DNA of 64,000 nt from NCBI GenBank assembly GCA_963804325.1, contig CAWDPT010000003.1:84267-148266 (forward strand), given 5' to 3'. Source of the DNA: an uncultured Acidimicrobiaceae bacterium. GTDB lineage: Bacteria > Actinomycetota > Acidimicrobiia > Acidimicrobiales > RAAP-2. The first letter of the stretch is position 1. The number at the start of each line of letters is the position of its first letter. Both the position numbers and the translations under genes were made by a program. Positions 9,865-19,459 of this stretch are shown piece by piece. The notes under the pieces are model-generated. The model had not been told where the DNA came from, searched no databases, and saw nothing but the letters and a program-made list of their open reading frames with translations.

Positions 9865-10777
9865 GTGAGCAACGCGGTCGAGGTCAATGATCTGACGGTC
9901 ACCTTCGGCGCGCTGACGGCCGTCGACGCGGTGTCACTGCACGTCGCCTACGGCGAGGTCGTCACGCTGCTGGGTCCCAACGGCGCCGGCAAGACCACCG
10001 TCGTCGAGACCCTGTTGGGTTTTCGCGCGCCGACGTCGGGGGCCGTCCGGCTGCACGGGCTCAATCCCGTGCGCGACCACAAAGAGGTCGTCGTGCGCAC
10101 CGGGGCACTGCTGCAACGCGGCGGCGTGTGGTTTCCGATGACGCCGCGCCAGGTGCTCGAACTGACCGCCACGTACTACGACGCACCGAGGGACACTTGA
10201 GGAGTTGCTGGTCCTGCTCGATCTCGTTCGATGCGCGCGCACGCCGTGGCGTCGACTCAGCGGCGGCGAACAGCAACGTACACTGCTCGCGCTGGCGCTG
10301 CTCGGACGTCCGCGCGTGCTCGTCCTGGACGAGCCGACGGCGGCGGTCGATCCGGAAGGCCGTCAGGTGATCCGCAATCTCATCGCCGCCGAGCGCGATC
10401 GCGGATGTGCCCTCTTGGTGACCACGCACGAATTGACCGAGGCCGAGCGCACGTCCAATCGCGTCGTGATCATGAACCGCGGTCACGTCGTCATCCACGG
10501 AACGCTCGACGAACTCTCGGGTACCCCCGAGATGATCGTCGAGCTCTCGGGCTACGTCGATCCGGCGCCACTCGCGAGTCGACTCGGTTGTGTCGTCTCG
10601 GGCGACGGGACGAATCGACTCCGGTGCGAAACCGAATCGACACCGCAACGTATCGCCATGTTGAACGACTACTTGACCAGTGTCGGCGTCACGCTGCTTT
10701 CGCTGCGCACCCGTGCGTCACTGGAAGAGCGCTACTTGGACCTCATCGAGCAAGAACGTCGTGAGGTGCGCTCGTGA
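9865..10777 (+). CDS. ABC transporter ATP-binding protein (frameshift near 10197)
   Basis: Walker A GPNGAGKT lies in one frame; LSGGEQQR and VLDEPT lie in the next frame. Confidence 0.85.
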
Positions 10778-11505
10778 ACGCCTGGTGGGCGCAGAGTCGG
10801 GCCGAAGTTCGAATGACGTTGCGACGTGGCGAGACCTTGCTCTTGACCGTCGGCATACCGGTCTTGCTCCTCGTGTTCTTCTCGTTGACCAAGGTCGTGT
10901 CCACGCCGACGACGAGTCGGGTCGACTTCATCGCGCCCGGCGTACTGGCGCTCTGTGTTCTGTCGACATCGCTCGTCGCCCTCTCGATCGCGACCGGCTT
11001 CGAGCGCAGCTACGGTGTCCTTCGCCGGCTCCACGTGACGCCCATCGGCACGCGACGACTCATTGGCGCGAAGATCGCCGGCGTCTTGGTGACCGAGGCG
11101 CTGCAGGTCATCATCCTTGCAGCCGTCGCGTTCACGTTGACCTGGCGACCTCGCGGCGGCGTGAGCGGTGGCCTCGAAGTCGCGGCGCTGTTGATCCTCG
11201 GCTCCGCCGGTTGCGCGGGCATCGGTCTCGCCCTCGCCGGTCGCCTTCGCGCCGAGGTCAATCTCGCGGCCAGCAACGGGCTCTATCTCGTCTTGCTACT
11301 GCTCTCGGGCATCGTCGTTCCGTTGACGTCACTGCCGGGAGCCATCCGCCGCGTCGCGGTCGCGCTGCCACCCGGCGCCATGGCCGAAGGTCTCCATCGC
11401 GTGCTCGGTCAAGGACTCATGCCCACGGGCACCGACTGGCTCGTTCTGGGGATCTGGGCGCTTGTGGCACCCCTCGTCGCGGCGCGAACCTTCCGCTTCG
11501 ATTAG
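10774..11505 (+). CDS. ABC-2 type permease
   Basis: Six TM helices and IATGFERSYGVLRRL; this type typically accompanies ctaA/ctaB in actinobacteria. Confidence 0.88.
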   Translation: MNAWWAQSRAEVRMTLRRGETLLLTVGIPVLLLVFFSLTKVVSTPTTSRVDFIAPGVLALCVLSTSLVALSIATGFERSYGVLRRLHVTPIGTRRLIGAKIAGVLVTEALQVIILAAVAFTLTWRPRGGVSGGLEVAALLILGSAGCAGIGLALAGRLRAEVNLAASNGLYLVLLLLSGIVVPLTSLPGAIRRVAVALPPGAMAEGLHRVLGQGLMPTGTDWLVLGIWALVAPLVAARTFRFD

Positions 11506-12080
11506 GCGCGAAGCGCCGCAATCCCTTTCACCAAGACGTCCTTGGGAATGGCACCGAAGTAGATCTGGGTGACGACTCCCTTGGCACTCACGAACGCCGT
11601 TTCGGGCACGGCGCCGAACTTGAAGATTCCCGTCGTCACCGTGGAGTTGGGGTCGAAGGCAACGGGAAACCCGACGCCACTCTTTTTCACGAAGCTCTGG
11701 GCCGCGCCTCGTTCGTCGGCCGCATCGATGCCGATGACGCGAATCGATCCCTCATTGTGGTGGCGCAGGTAGGTCGCGATCTTGGGCATCTCTGCGTGAC
11801 ACGGTCCGCAGTAGCTCGCGAAGAAGATCAGCACCGCGGCGTGGTGACTCTTCCACGGCGCCTCGATGGTGCCGCTCTGGAGACCCCCCAACGAGAACGA
11901 CGCGACGGAGGTACCGACGAGGTTGCTGGAGGGTTCGTCGCCGCTCCCCGTCACCGGACTACCCGTCAAAATCGACACGACCACGATCGCGATGATCGCG
12001 ACCGCGATGCCGGCACCGATGTACAACGTCTTCGGCGACAGGCGTCGTCGCGGCGGACTAGTGGTGTCGGACAAGGACAT
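11502..12080 (-). CDS. TlpA/ResA-like thiol-disulfide oxidoreductase
   Basis: N-terminal TM anchor, FASYCGPC (CxxC) and cis-Pro motif VPET. Confidence 0.85.
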   Translation of the reverse strand: MSLSDTTSPPRRRLSPKTLYIGAGIAVAIIAIVVVSILTGSPVTGSGDEPSSNLVGTSVASFSLGGLQSGTIEAPWKSHHAAVLIFFASYCGPCHAEMPKIATYLRHHNEGSIRVIGIDAADERGAAQSFVKKSGVGFPVAFDPNSTVTTGIFKFGAVPETAFVSAKGVVTQIYFGAIPKDVLVKGIAALRA

Positions 12081-12972
12081 CAACCGCCATCAAGACGAAC
12101 AGTGCCGTCAAGTAGGTAATGGAGAAGTGAAAGAGTCGCATCGCTTCACCCACGTCCGCCTTGTCGGTGAGCGCGTGTCGGTACAGTCGCGCGGCGTAGA
12201 ACGTGAACAGTCCCCCGAGCACGGTCGCCGACACGGCGTAGACGACGCCGAGGTGCGCGGTCGGGCCGATCAATATGGTCAGCGCCCACATCAGCACCGA
12301 GTAGATGAGGATCTCGAGGGTCGTGTGACGAAGCGACGCCACGACGGGCATCATCGGCACGTTGGCCGCTTCGTAGTCGTCGCGGTAGCGAACCGCGAGC
12401 GCCCAGAAGTGCGGCGGGGTCCAGATGAAGATCACCAGGAACAACAGCACCGGCGTCCACGTGAGCGAATTGGTGACCGCGGCCCAGCCGATCAGAACGG
12501 GCACCGCCCCGGCCGCCCCACCGATCACGATGTTCTGTCTGCTGCGTCGCTTCAGCCATAGCGTGTAGATGAAGACATAGAACGCGGTCGCCGACATGGC
12601 GAGCCACGCTGAGAGTTGATTGACCCACACCGCGAGTACGACGAAGGCGATGACCTCGAGGCCGACCGCGAACAACGTGGCGTCGCGTGCCGACATCACG
12701 CCGGTCACGAGCGGTCGCCGCTTCGTGCGTTCCATGATCGCGTCGATGTCGCGGTCGATCACCATATTGAACGTGTTGGCGCCGCCGGCCGCCAGCGTCC
12801 CCCCGCAGAGCGTCGCCACCATCAACCACAGTCCGGGGATTCCGTTCGCCGCCACGACCATCGTCGGAATCGTCGTGACCAACAACAGTTCGATGATCCG
12901 CGGTTTGGTCAATGCGAGATAGCCCCGTAAGACTTCACCCAGAGAGTGGCGGGCCGGGGCCGTGATCGTCAT
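12058..12972 (-). CDS. ctaB: Protoheme IX farnesyltransferase (heme O synthase)
   Basis: LTKPRIIELL, DRDIDAIMERTKRRPL and WTPPHFWAL. Confidence 0.95.
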   Translation of the reverse strand: MTITAPARHSLGEVLRGYLALTKPRIIELLLVTTIPTMVVAANGIPGLWLMVATLCGGTLAAGGANTFNMVIDRDIDAIMERTKRRPLVTGVMSARDATLFAVGLEVIAFVVLAVWVNQLSAWLAMSATAFYVFIYTLWLKRRSRQNIVIGGAAGAVPVLIGWAAVTNSLTWTPVLLFLVIFIWTPPHFWALAVRYRDDYEAANVPMMPVVASLRHTTLEILIYSVLMWALTILIGPTAHLGVVYAVSATVLGGLFTFYAARLYRHALTDKADVGEAMRLFHFSITYLTALFVLMAVDVLVRHH

Positions 12973-13013
12973 GGCGAAATCCTACGGGACCTTCAATTAC
13001 CTAGTCTGAAGTC

Positions 13014-13970
13014 GTGACTACATCGATACGCCGCGTCGTTCCGGGGCCGACCTTTCGATGGTTCGCCCTGGCCTCGTTCATTTCGATGATCGTCATCGTT
13101 CTCTCCGGCGCGGCCGTTCGATTGACCGGCTCCGGCTTGGGCTGTCCGGACTGGCCCACGTGTTTCAAGGGCCGAATCACTGGTTCGTGGAGCATTCATC
13201 CGCTCATTGAATACGGAAATCGCGTCGTCACCGTCACCTTGATCTTCGTCACCGTGGCGACGTTGATCGCGGCGCTTCTACGCGAGGTTCGACGCCAGGA
13301 CCTGATAATCCTCTCAGGAATGTTGATCGCCGGCGTCGTGGCCGACGCAGTCTTGGGCGCCTTCGTCGTTTACAGCAAACTGAACCCCTGGCTGGTCTCG
13401 ACGCACATGCTGCTGTCGCTCTCGATGGTCGTCATCGCCGCGGTGCTCTATCACCGCTCCAAATACGTCTACGGACCAGGGGCCCGCAGCGATGTCCGCG
13501 ACCGGCATTTCCTGGCAATCGCCCGATTGTTGTGGATCCCCTTCGTCGTGCTGCTCATCACGGGCACGATGACGACGGGTTCGGGACCCCACGCCGGAGC
13601 CTCCCAGGGGCAACTGGTCGCGCGTCGGCTGCCCTTCGCGTTCTCTTCGGCGGCGTGGGTCCACTCACTCGCGGCGGTGCTGTTCATCGGACTCATCACG
13701 GGACTGCTGTTCGCGATCTGGACGAAGGATGCACCGAGTGCCCTCCGCTTCGGCGTTCGCCGACTGGTCATCATTTCGCTGGTGCAAGCGGCTATTGGCG
13801 TGACGCAGTACTTGACGCACGTGCCGCCCCTGTTGGTGGAGCTGCACATTGTGGGCGCGGTGTCGCTCACGATCGGCGTCACCCAGTTCCACCTGAAACA
13901 GACCGCCCATGACCGCGAGCCGGGCACCAAACGCGTCGAACGCGCCGACGAACCCGTCAGCGCCGCCTGA
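13014..13970 (+). CDS. ctaA: COX15/CtaA heme A synthase
   Basis: VRLTGSGLGCPDWPTC, IEYGNR, GSGPHAG and conserved His residues. Confidence 0.9.
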   Translation: MTTSIRRVVPGPTFRWFALASFISMIVIVLSGAAVRLTGSGLGCPDWPTCFKGRITGSWSIHPLIEYGNRVVTVTLIFVTVATLIAALLREVRRQDLIILSGMLIAGVVADAVLGAFVVYSKLNPWLVSTHMLLSLSMVVIAAVLYHRSKYVYGPGARSDVRDRHFLAIARLLWIPFVVLLITGTMTTGSGPHAGASQGQLVARRLPFAFSSAAWVHSLAAVLFIGLITGLLFAIWTKDAPSALRFGVRRLVIISLVQAAIGVTQYLTHVPPLLVELHIVGAVSLTIGVTQFHLKQTAHDREPGTKRVERADEPVSAA

Positions 13971-13990
13971 TCAACCTGATCAGGTGGCCG

Positions 13991-14557
13991 CTAGGTCGAC
14001 GAGGTGACGTCGCGCAGCTGTTCGAGTGAGTCACGCATCACCTGAGCCAGGTCGCTCGGCTCCGACGACGAGATCCAGCGTTCGAAGGAGTTCTTGAAGA
14101 TCGCGATGGCGACCTCGCCGATCAGTCCGGCCGTCGGGTCCTCAACACCTCGCTGGCGCAACGCGTTGGCCATGGCCACGGCGAGCGAGGCGAGTTTGAT
14201 CAGCTCGCGCTCCTGCAGTTCGGCGCTGCCGTCGATGATCCTCTGTCGCTGAACGGAGAAACCGCGGTGTTCGTTGAAACGTTCGCCAGCGGCCTCCAGG
14301 GCGAGGGTCACCGCGTCGATGGGCGTCGTCGAGACGGGAGCGCCCACGATGGTGGTGACGAGCAGGTCTTGGAGTGCCTGTGCCCCGGAAAAAAGGACCT
14401 CGCGTTTATCGCTGAAGTGACGAAAGAACGTGCGCTCGGTCAGCCCGGCACTTTCCGCGATGTCCGCGACCGTGGTCTGATCGAATCCGCGCTCGCCGTA
14501 GAGCTCCATCGCCGCCTGGGCGAGCCGCCCTCGACTGTCGGGTTCCCATCGCACCAT
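13991..14557 (-). CDS. TetR family regulator
   Basis: HTH TTVADIAESAGLTERTFFRHFSDKREVLF. Confidence 0.92.
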   Translation of the reverse strand: MVRWEPDSRGRLAQAAMELYGERGFDQTTVADIAESAGLTERTFFRHFSDKREVLFSGAQALQDLLVTTIVGAPVSTTPIDAVTLALEAAGERFNEHRGFSVQRQRIIDGSAELQERELIKLASLAVAMANALRQRGVEDPTAGLIGEVAIAIFKNSFERWISSSEPSDLAQVMRDSLEQLRDVTSST

Positions 14558-14571
14558 TCGACAATCCTATT

Positions 14572-14625
14572 CGGTGTTGACAGTCGCTGACATCACCGCT
14601 ATAGTGATGACAGCCCCTGACATCA
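14572..14625 (+). promoter_or_regulatory. Sigma70-type promoter overlapped by two putative TetR operators
   Basis: TTGACA (14577)-17 bp-TATAGT (14600). Two copies of TGACAGnCnCTGACATCA, each an imperfect palindrome, lie between the divergent tetR and SDR genes. Confidence 0.75.
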
Positions 14626-14670
14626 ACGGAGCAGTATTCCGTGGAAGTCAATAAAACAAAGGAGAATCAG

Positions 14671-15570
14671 ATGCGTGTCTTCGTAACGGGAGCGTCCGGC
14701 TGGATCGGCTCGGCGGTCGTTCCGGATCTGCTCAGCGCCGGCCACGAGGTCCTCGGCCTGGCCCGAACCGACGCTGCTGCTGCGGCCATCGTCGCCGCCG
14801 GCGCCGAGGCGTTTCGTGGGTCGCTCGATGACCCGGCGGGTCTTCGTGACGGCGTCGCACGCTGTGACGGCGTCGTCCACCTCGGCTACAACCACGACTT
14901 CACTCGAATGGATGACGCCGCCAAGACCGACCGGAGCGTCGTCGAGACCATCGGCTCGGTGCTGAAGGGCAGCGATCGACCCTTCGTGGTCGCATCGGGC
15001 GTGCTCGGGCTGGCCCCGGGTCGGGTCGCGACCGAGGACGATCGGCCCGATCCGGCGGTGCACCCGAGAATCGCCAACGTCGCCTACGCGCTCTCGCTGG
15101 CCGACGAAGGCGTCCGGTCGTCGTCCGTTCGATTTGCGCCGACCGTCCACGGCGACGGTGATCACGGATTCATCGCCACGTTGGTCGCGATCGCGCGCGA
15201 GAAGGGATCGTCGGGCTACGTAGGGAGCGGCGACAACTGCTGGTCGGCGGTGCATCGATTCGACGCCGCGCGACTCGTACGACTCGCACTCGAAGGCGCA
15301 CCCGCTGGATTCTCGGCCCACGCGGTCGCCGAACAGGGAATTGCCACGAGAGCAATTGCCGAGGCCATCGGGAAAGGTCTTGGCGTTCCGGTCATCTCGA
15401 TTCCCGAGAGCGACGCCGGTGACCATTTCGGGTGGATGGGTCGGTTCTTCGGAGCCGACGCCACGTCGTCGAACACAATCACCCGCGAACTACTGAACTG
15501 GACCCCGACGCACCAGGGATTGCTCGAGGATCTGGGCGAGGGTTTCTACTTCCGCGAGACGCGGGACTGA
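14671..15570 (+). CDS. NAD-dependent epimerase/dehydratase (atypical SDR)
   Basis: MRVFVTGASGWIG Rossmann motif; AGGAG RBS upstream. Confidence 0.88.
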   Translation: MRVFVTGASGWIGSAVVPDLLSAGHEVLGLARTDAAAAAIVAAGAEAFRGSLDDPAGLRDGVARCDGVVHLGYNHDFTRMDDAAKTDRSVVETIGSVLKGSDRPFVVASGVLGLAPGRVATEDDRPDPAVHPRIANVAYALSLADEGVRSSSVRFAPTVHGDGDHGFIATLVAIAREKGSSGYVGSGDNCWSAVHRFDAARLVRLALEGAPAGFSAHAVAEQGIATRAIAEAIGKGLGVPVISIPESDAGDHFGWMGRFFGADATSSNTITRELLNWTPTHQGLLEDLGEGFYFRETRD

Positions 15571-15602
15571 CGTCGCAAAATTTTCGCTGGCATCGAGTGA
15601 AG

Positions 15603-15644
15603 TGGGGACGATGGGGATCGAACCCACGACCTCAGGCTTGCAAA
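15603..15644 (-). repeat. Displaced 3' half of tRNA-Ala (att-like direct repeat of 17141-17182)
   Basis: TTTGCAAGCCTGAGGTCGTGGGTTCGATCCCCATCGTCCCCA differs from the 3' end of the intact tRNA at 3 positions. Confidence 0.88.
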
Positions 15645-15694
15645 GGCGAGGTCTCGTGCAATCGAGAAGTCGAGATTGGACGAAACGCCAGGGG

Positions 15695-15916
15695 ATGACG
15701 TTGGTGCCTCAGGTACAAGACGCGATCGGGCGAACAGGCGTCGGCATTCTTTACCAACGGCCCGGTCCCGCCGGCGTCAGTGTCGACTCAGAAGAGTTCA
15801 TCTTCGATCCAACCACGTACGCCTTCCTGGGCATGAACGTTCTGCGCGACGGTATCGCGCCTTACTCGTGGGCCGCACTTCCTTTGACGGGATCGAATTC
15901 ACTTCCCGAAGGTTGA
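15695..15916 (+). pseudogene. C-terminal fragment resembling CU044_5270-family proteins
   Basis: DAIGRTGVGI...EEFIFDPTTYAFLG motif; the N-terminus appears to be lost at the islet edge. Confidence 0.5.
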
Positions 15917-15957
15917 CTGAATCCCCGGTTCGCCGATCTCGAATTCGCCATTGTGAA

Positions 15958-16545
15958 TCAACTTCTAGTTGGCGGTGGAGTGAAGTGCAATGGAGCTGAT
16001 CCGGTGCTCAAAGCAAACGCTGGACCGACCCTCCCCGAGGTGGTATCCGATGCTGTCGGGACGACGTAAAGGGCCCGGTCATATTTCACATGGTCGCCAG
16101 GCGGAACATCGGGAGCAAACGCACCTGCTACGTAACACACCGTCATATGACTAGAACGAGGGTACTGGTTCAACGGGAACGGACCGAGAACCTCTGAATC
16201 TGTGATCCACCACGTTCGAAGTAGTCCGTCCGTCGACGGATACGCGTGAATCACTCTGATGCCCGTGCCGGGCCCGGCAAGGGCTCCCTTGCAAACTTTT
16301 TCAGCCACGTTCTTCGGAGTCAGTTGAGTGGGGGCGCCCGAAGTCTGGACGCGAACTGGTGCGGAAGGGCCACTCGTTGATCGCGTGTATAGCCATACAC
16401 CAGCAGATAAGGAAGCAACTATGACGGCCATCGATGCGAATTTCAGTCGGCGTCGTCTCGCAAAATGCCTCGCCTCTGGGAAGAGCATTTCGACGTCGAG
16501 ATGCTGCTCGACGTTCTCATATGAAGGTTGAACCGTTGTCACCAT
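15958..16545 (-). CDS. Membrane-anchored exported hypothetical protein
   Basis: EMLFPEAR-RRRR followed by one TM helix and a small extracellular domain with two Cys. Confidence 0.65.
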   Translation of the reverse strand: MVTTVQPSYENVEQHLDVEMLFPEARHFARRRRLKFASMAVIVASLSAGVWLYTRSTSGPSAPVRVQTSGAPTQLTPKNVAEKVCKGALAGPGTGIRVIHAYPSTDGLLRTWWITDSEVLGPFPLNQYPRSSHMTVCYVAGAFAPDVPPGDHVKYDRALYVVPTASDTTSGRVGPAFALSTGSAPLHFTPPPTRS

Positions 16546-16596
16546 GAAACTAGTATCATTGTTTTTATTAGTTCTGTCAAGAGATGAGGTCAAATT

Positions 16597-16998
16597 TTGG
16601 AGGACTCACAAATCACCCTTCGAGAGGTTGATCGGGGCGAATTGACTCTGCTTCATGAGCAAGTTGCATCCGAAATACGACGCGCAATCGCTGATGGGGA
16701 GGCGATGCCGGGACAACGCATTCCACAGGCGAAGGACTTGGCAAAGGTTCTCAACGTAAACACCAATACAGTGCTGCGGGCTCTTCGTCTTCTTCGAGAC
16801 GAAGGCCTTGTCGAAATGGGTCGGGGTCGAGCGATAATCGTTGCGGGAAGCCCGGGGCGAACCATTGTCGTCGAAAAGCTTCGAGAACTCATCGCGTTCG
16901 CTCGAACACAGGGATATCGACCCGACGAACTCGTCACGATGATGCAGCAATTAAGTCTGCACAATCCAAGTGCCGAAAGTCGATTGAAATCCTCTTGA
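16597..16998 (+). CDS. GntR family regulator (YtrA-like)
   Basis: LHEQVASEIRRAIADGE...LNVNTNTVLRALRLLRDEGLV with a short C-terminal domain. Confidence 0.88.
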   Translation: MEDSQITLREVDRGELTLLHEQVASEIRRAIADGEAMPGQRIPQAKDLAKVLNVNTNTVLRALRLLRDEGLVEMGRGRAIIVAGSPGRTIVVEKLRELIAFARTQGYRPDELVTMMQQLSLHNPSAESRLKSS

Positions 16999-17140
16999 CA
17001 ACCACAGAGCCAACCTTTTACATGCCCTACACGTTCAATTGGCTCCCTTCGTGGCTCCCTCGCGCCAATAGAGGCGAGCGGCTGCGGACTTCGGAGCAAC
17101 CGAAGTGCAACGAAACGTTTCGAATTAAGGCTCTATTTTG

Positions 17141-17213
17141 TGGAGACGAAGGGGATCGAACCCTCGACCTCAGGCTTGCAAAGCCCGCGCTCTACCAACT
17201 GAGCTACGTCCCC
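17141..17213 (-). tRNA. tRNA-Ala(TGC)
   Basis: GGGGACGTAGCTCAGTTGGTAGAGC...TTTGCAA...GGTTCGATCCCCTTCGTCTCCA; cloverleaf with the G3:U70 Ala identity pair; CCA not encoded. Confidence 0.95.
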
Positions 17214-17238
17214 GGGGACCTCATCCTACCAACCCGGA

Positions 17239-18075
17239 CTATTCGCTCTGATGCCGACGGATCGACCTTTCACGTTGACGATCGACGCGCAACAGATGTC
17301 GTTCGACGTCCGCCCAATGCAGCGGCGTCTCTTCGACACGCGTGCCGTCATCCTCGGCGTGCACAAAGATCGTGAAGGCGACCGCCCACATGGGTGCGTA
17401 GCAGCAGATCTTCGCGACGAACCCGGCGAGCTGTTGATCCAAGAGCGGCGTCATATGGAGCAGCGCGTCCTGATTGTGGAGCGCCGGGTAGAGCGAGTGA
17501 TGCGAGAAGATCCACACGAATGACAGACTCGTCACGACGAGCGACGAGGCGAAAACGTATCCTGCCCGCGCCACCGGTGAGATGTGCTTGGCGCCGGGTA
17601 TCACGCCGAGCGCCGGCACCCAAAGGACGAGTCCGACCATTACTACCGCCGCCAACACCAGGTCGCGCCCGAAGGACGAATGCGCACCCCAGTCGACGAT
17701 TGGCGAGGAGAGGGTCAAGGTCCCCACGACCGTGACGACCACGACCGCAACGCCGGGATGTGAGAGGAGCCGCGTGACCGCGTCGATCAGACGCGGTCGG
17801 GTCAAGCGAGCGAGCACGTTCGTCGGTGTAGCCATCAACAACAGCGGCGCGACCAAGAGCATGATCACGAGTCGTTGGACCGTCGCGACCGTGAGCGACA
17901 CCGACGCGGCGAGGTCACCGATCGGCCAGATGGTGACCACCAGCAGCGCGAAGAGCGCCCACGCCGCGAGACGACGTTCACGTTTGGAGGTGACGAAGAC
18001 GTGGTGGGTGACGCCGAGCGCGACGATGATCACAACTTCAGCGATGTGCCAGCGGAATGGCAACAGCGAGGTCAC
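17239..18075 (-). CDS. Cytochrome c oxidase assembly protein (Caa3_CtaG-like)
   Basis: Polytopic; MLLVAPLLL and the TPLLDQQLAG motif. Confidence 0.75.
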   Translation of the reverse strand: MTSLLPFRWHIAEVVIIVALGVTHHVFVTSKRERRLAAWALFALLVVTIWPIGDLAASVSLTVATVQRLVIMLLVAPLLLMATPTNVLARLTRPRLIDAVTRLLSHPGVAVVVVTVVGTLTLSSPIVDWGAHSSFGRDLVLAAVVMVGLVLWVPALGVIPGAKHISPVARAGYVFASSLVVTSLSFVWIFSHHSLYPALHNQDALLHMTPLLDQQLAGFVAKICCYAPMWAVAFTIFVHAEDDGTRVEETPLHWADVERHLLRVDRQRERSIRRHQSE

Positions 18076-19457
18076 GTCGCTAACGTAATCCGGCCTTCCT
18101 TCACCGCGCTCTGGAGTGCTTTGAAGTCACTCAACGTGCGATCACGGTAGGCCAACGCGAACGCGGCGAAGGCTTCGTCGGCCACGTCAGACTTGCCGAG
18201 GTACGCGGCGATCTCGGCGCCGCCGCCGCCTCGGGCGTGGGCGCGCGCCAACGTCCAGGCGCAGATTCGTCCGTAGGAGACGAGCAGAGACTCATCGAGC
18301 TTGTCGACGGCGATCGAGGCCTTGTTGTCGTAGAGCTGGCGAACGTAATAGTGCCGCGTCGATGCGCCCTTCTTCACCGCGTGCCAACCCAAGAACACGT
18401 CAGGGGTCGCCTGCATCAGGCGCTGACCCTGCACGACACGCTCCCCCGGCGGCACCGTCGACTCGCGCGACGTCGCCGTGGCGATGACCGACGCGCCGGC
18501 CTGTTTCACCTGCAAGAAGAACGGATCGAACTCGTCGCGTCCGAGGAGCAGGACGATGTAGCACTCCGTGCCGACCGAGCCAACGCCGACGACCTTGCGC
18601 GCCGCGTCCACCGGCGTGAACTGCGAGAGCAGTTCCTGTCGGTCGTAGCTCAACGTCTTGGCGTAGCCCGCAATGAGACGTTCCAAATCGTTAGTGGTCA
18701 GGTAGCCACTCTCCTTGAGTTCCGAAAGCGGAACGAGGAGCGGCGGCTTCGCGACGATGCGCGGACCATCCTTGTCGTCGACGATCAGTCGAGCGTACGC
18801 CCGTCGCGTGTCGCGCCCACTGGCGTAGGTGACGACGTGATCGATCTTGTGGATCGCGTTCTCGGTGAAGAATCCTCCGAGGTCCTCCATGACGGCGTCG
18901 ATGTCCAATGTCGCGTACCACGTCGCCAGCCGGTCCTCCCCGGCGAATCGACGAATCGAGATGCGATACTCCTGCGCTGCGGCCAATGCGATTCGTTCTT
19001 GCTGGGCCTCACTGTGACCGAGGTGCGACGACGCGATGGCGAGGGACGCCACGAGTCGCTTGAGGTCCCATTCGAACGGGCCCCGGTCGGTCTCGTCAAA
19101 GTCATTCACGTCGAAGACCAGATGACGCTCGGGCGATGAGAACAGGTTGAAGTTCGCGAGGTGGGCGTCACCACATATCTGCACTTCGAGCGTCGTGCTG
19201 GTCCCTCGCGCCAGATCCTCGGCCATCAAGAGCGCGTTGCCGCGATAGAACGACAACGGATTGGCGAGCATGCGCGAGTAGCGCAGCCCCAAGAGGTCGC
19301 TCTGGCGAGACTCACCCTGCCACATCAGTCGCGCGACCGGGTCGTAGTCGGCGGGGCGCTCGCTCAATTTGGCCATCGCGCCGCGGGGCGCGGCATCACG
19401 CTCACCCTGGCCTCGTGTCTTGCACTGTTCGGGAGTCAGTCGTGTCGTCGTTGCCAT
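18072..19457 (-). CDS. DUF2252 family protein (kinase-like)
   Basis: SFYRGNA, QICGDAHLANF, FDVNDFDE, RKVVGVGSVG and LARAHAR. Confidence 0.92.
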   Translation of the reverse strand: MATTTRLTPEQCKTRGQGERDAAPRGAMAKLSERPADYDPVARLMWQGESRQSDLLGLRYSRMLANPLSFYRGNALLMAEDLARGTSTTLEVQICGDAHLANFNLFSSPERHLVFDVNDFDETDRGPFEWDLKRLVASLAIASSHLGHSEAQQERIALAAAQEYRISIRRFAGEDRLATWYATLDIDAVMEDLGGFFTENAIHKIDHVVTYASGRDTRRAYARLIVDDKDGPRIVAKPPLLVPLSELKESGYLTTNDLERLIAGYAKTLSYDRQELLSQFTPVDAARKVVGVGSVGTECYIVLLLGRDEFDPFFLQVKQAGASVIATATSRESTVPPGERVVQGQRLMQATPDVFLGWHAVKKGASTRHYYVRQLYDNKASIAVDKLDESLLVSYGRICAWTLARAHARGGGGAEIAAYLGKSDVADEAFAAFALAYRDRTLSDFKALQSAVKEGRITLAT

Positions 19458-19459
19458 GG

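Larger units (their letters stand above)
15603..17182. mobile_element. tRNA-Ala-integrated genomic islet remnant (no integrase)
   Basis: Bounded by direct repeats of the tRNA 3' end; interior visibly more AT-rich than the flanks. Confidence 0.7.

Noticed and set aside
10190-10210. Programmed ribosomal frameshift in the ABC ATPase (or in pbpA)
   Set aside because: No slippery heptamer is evident, and the many other indels in the window favour sequencing error.
15603-15650. Second tRNA-Ala gene
   Set aside because: Only the 3' half is present; there is no D-arm or 5' acceptor strand.
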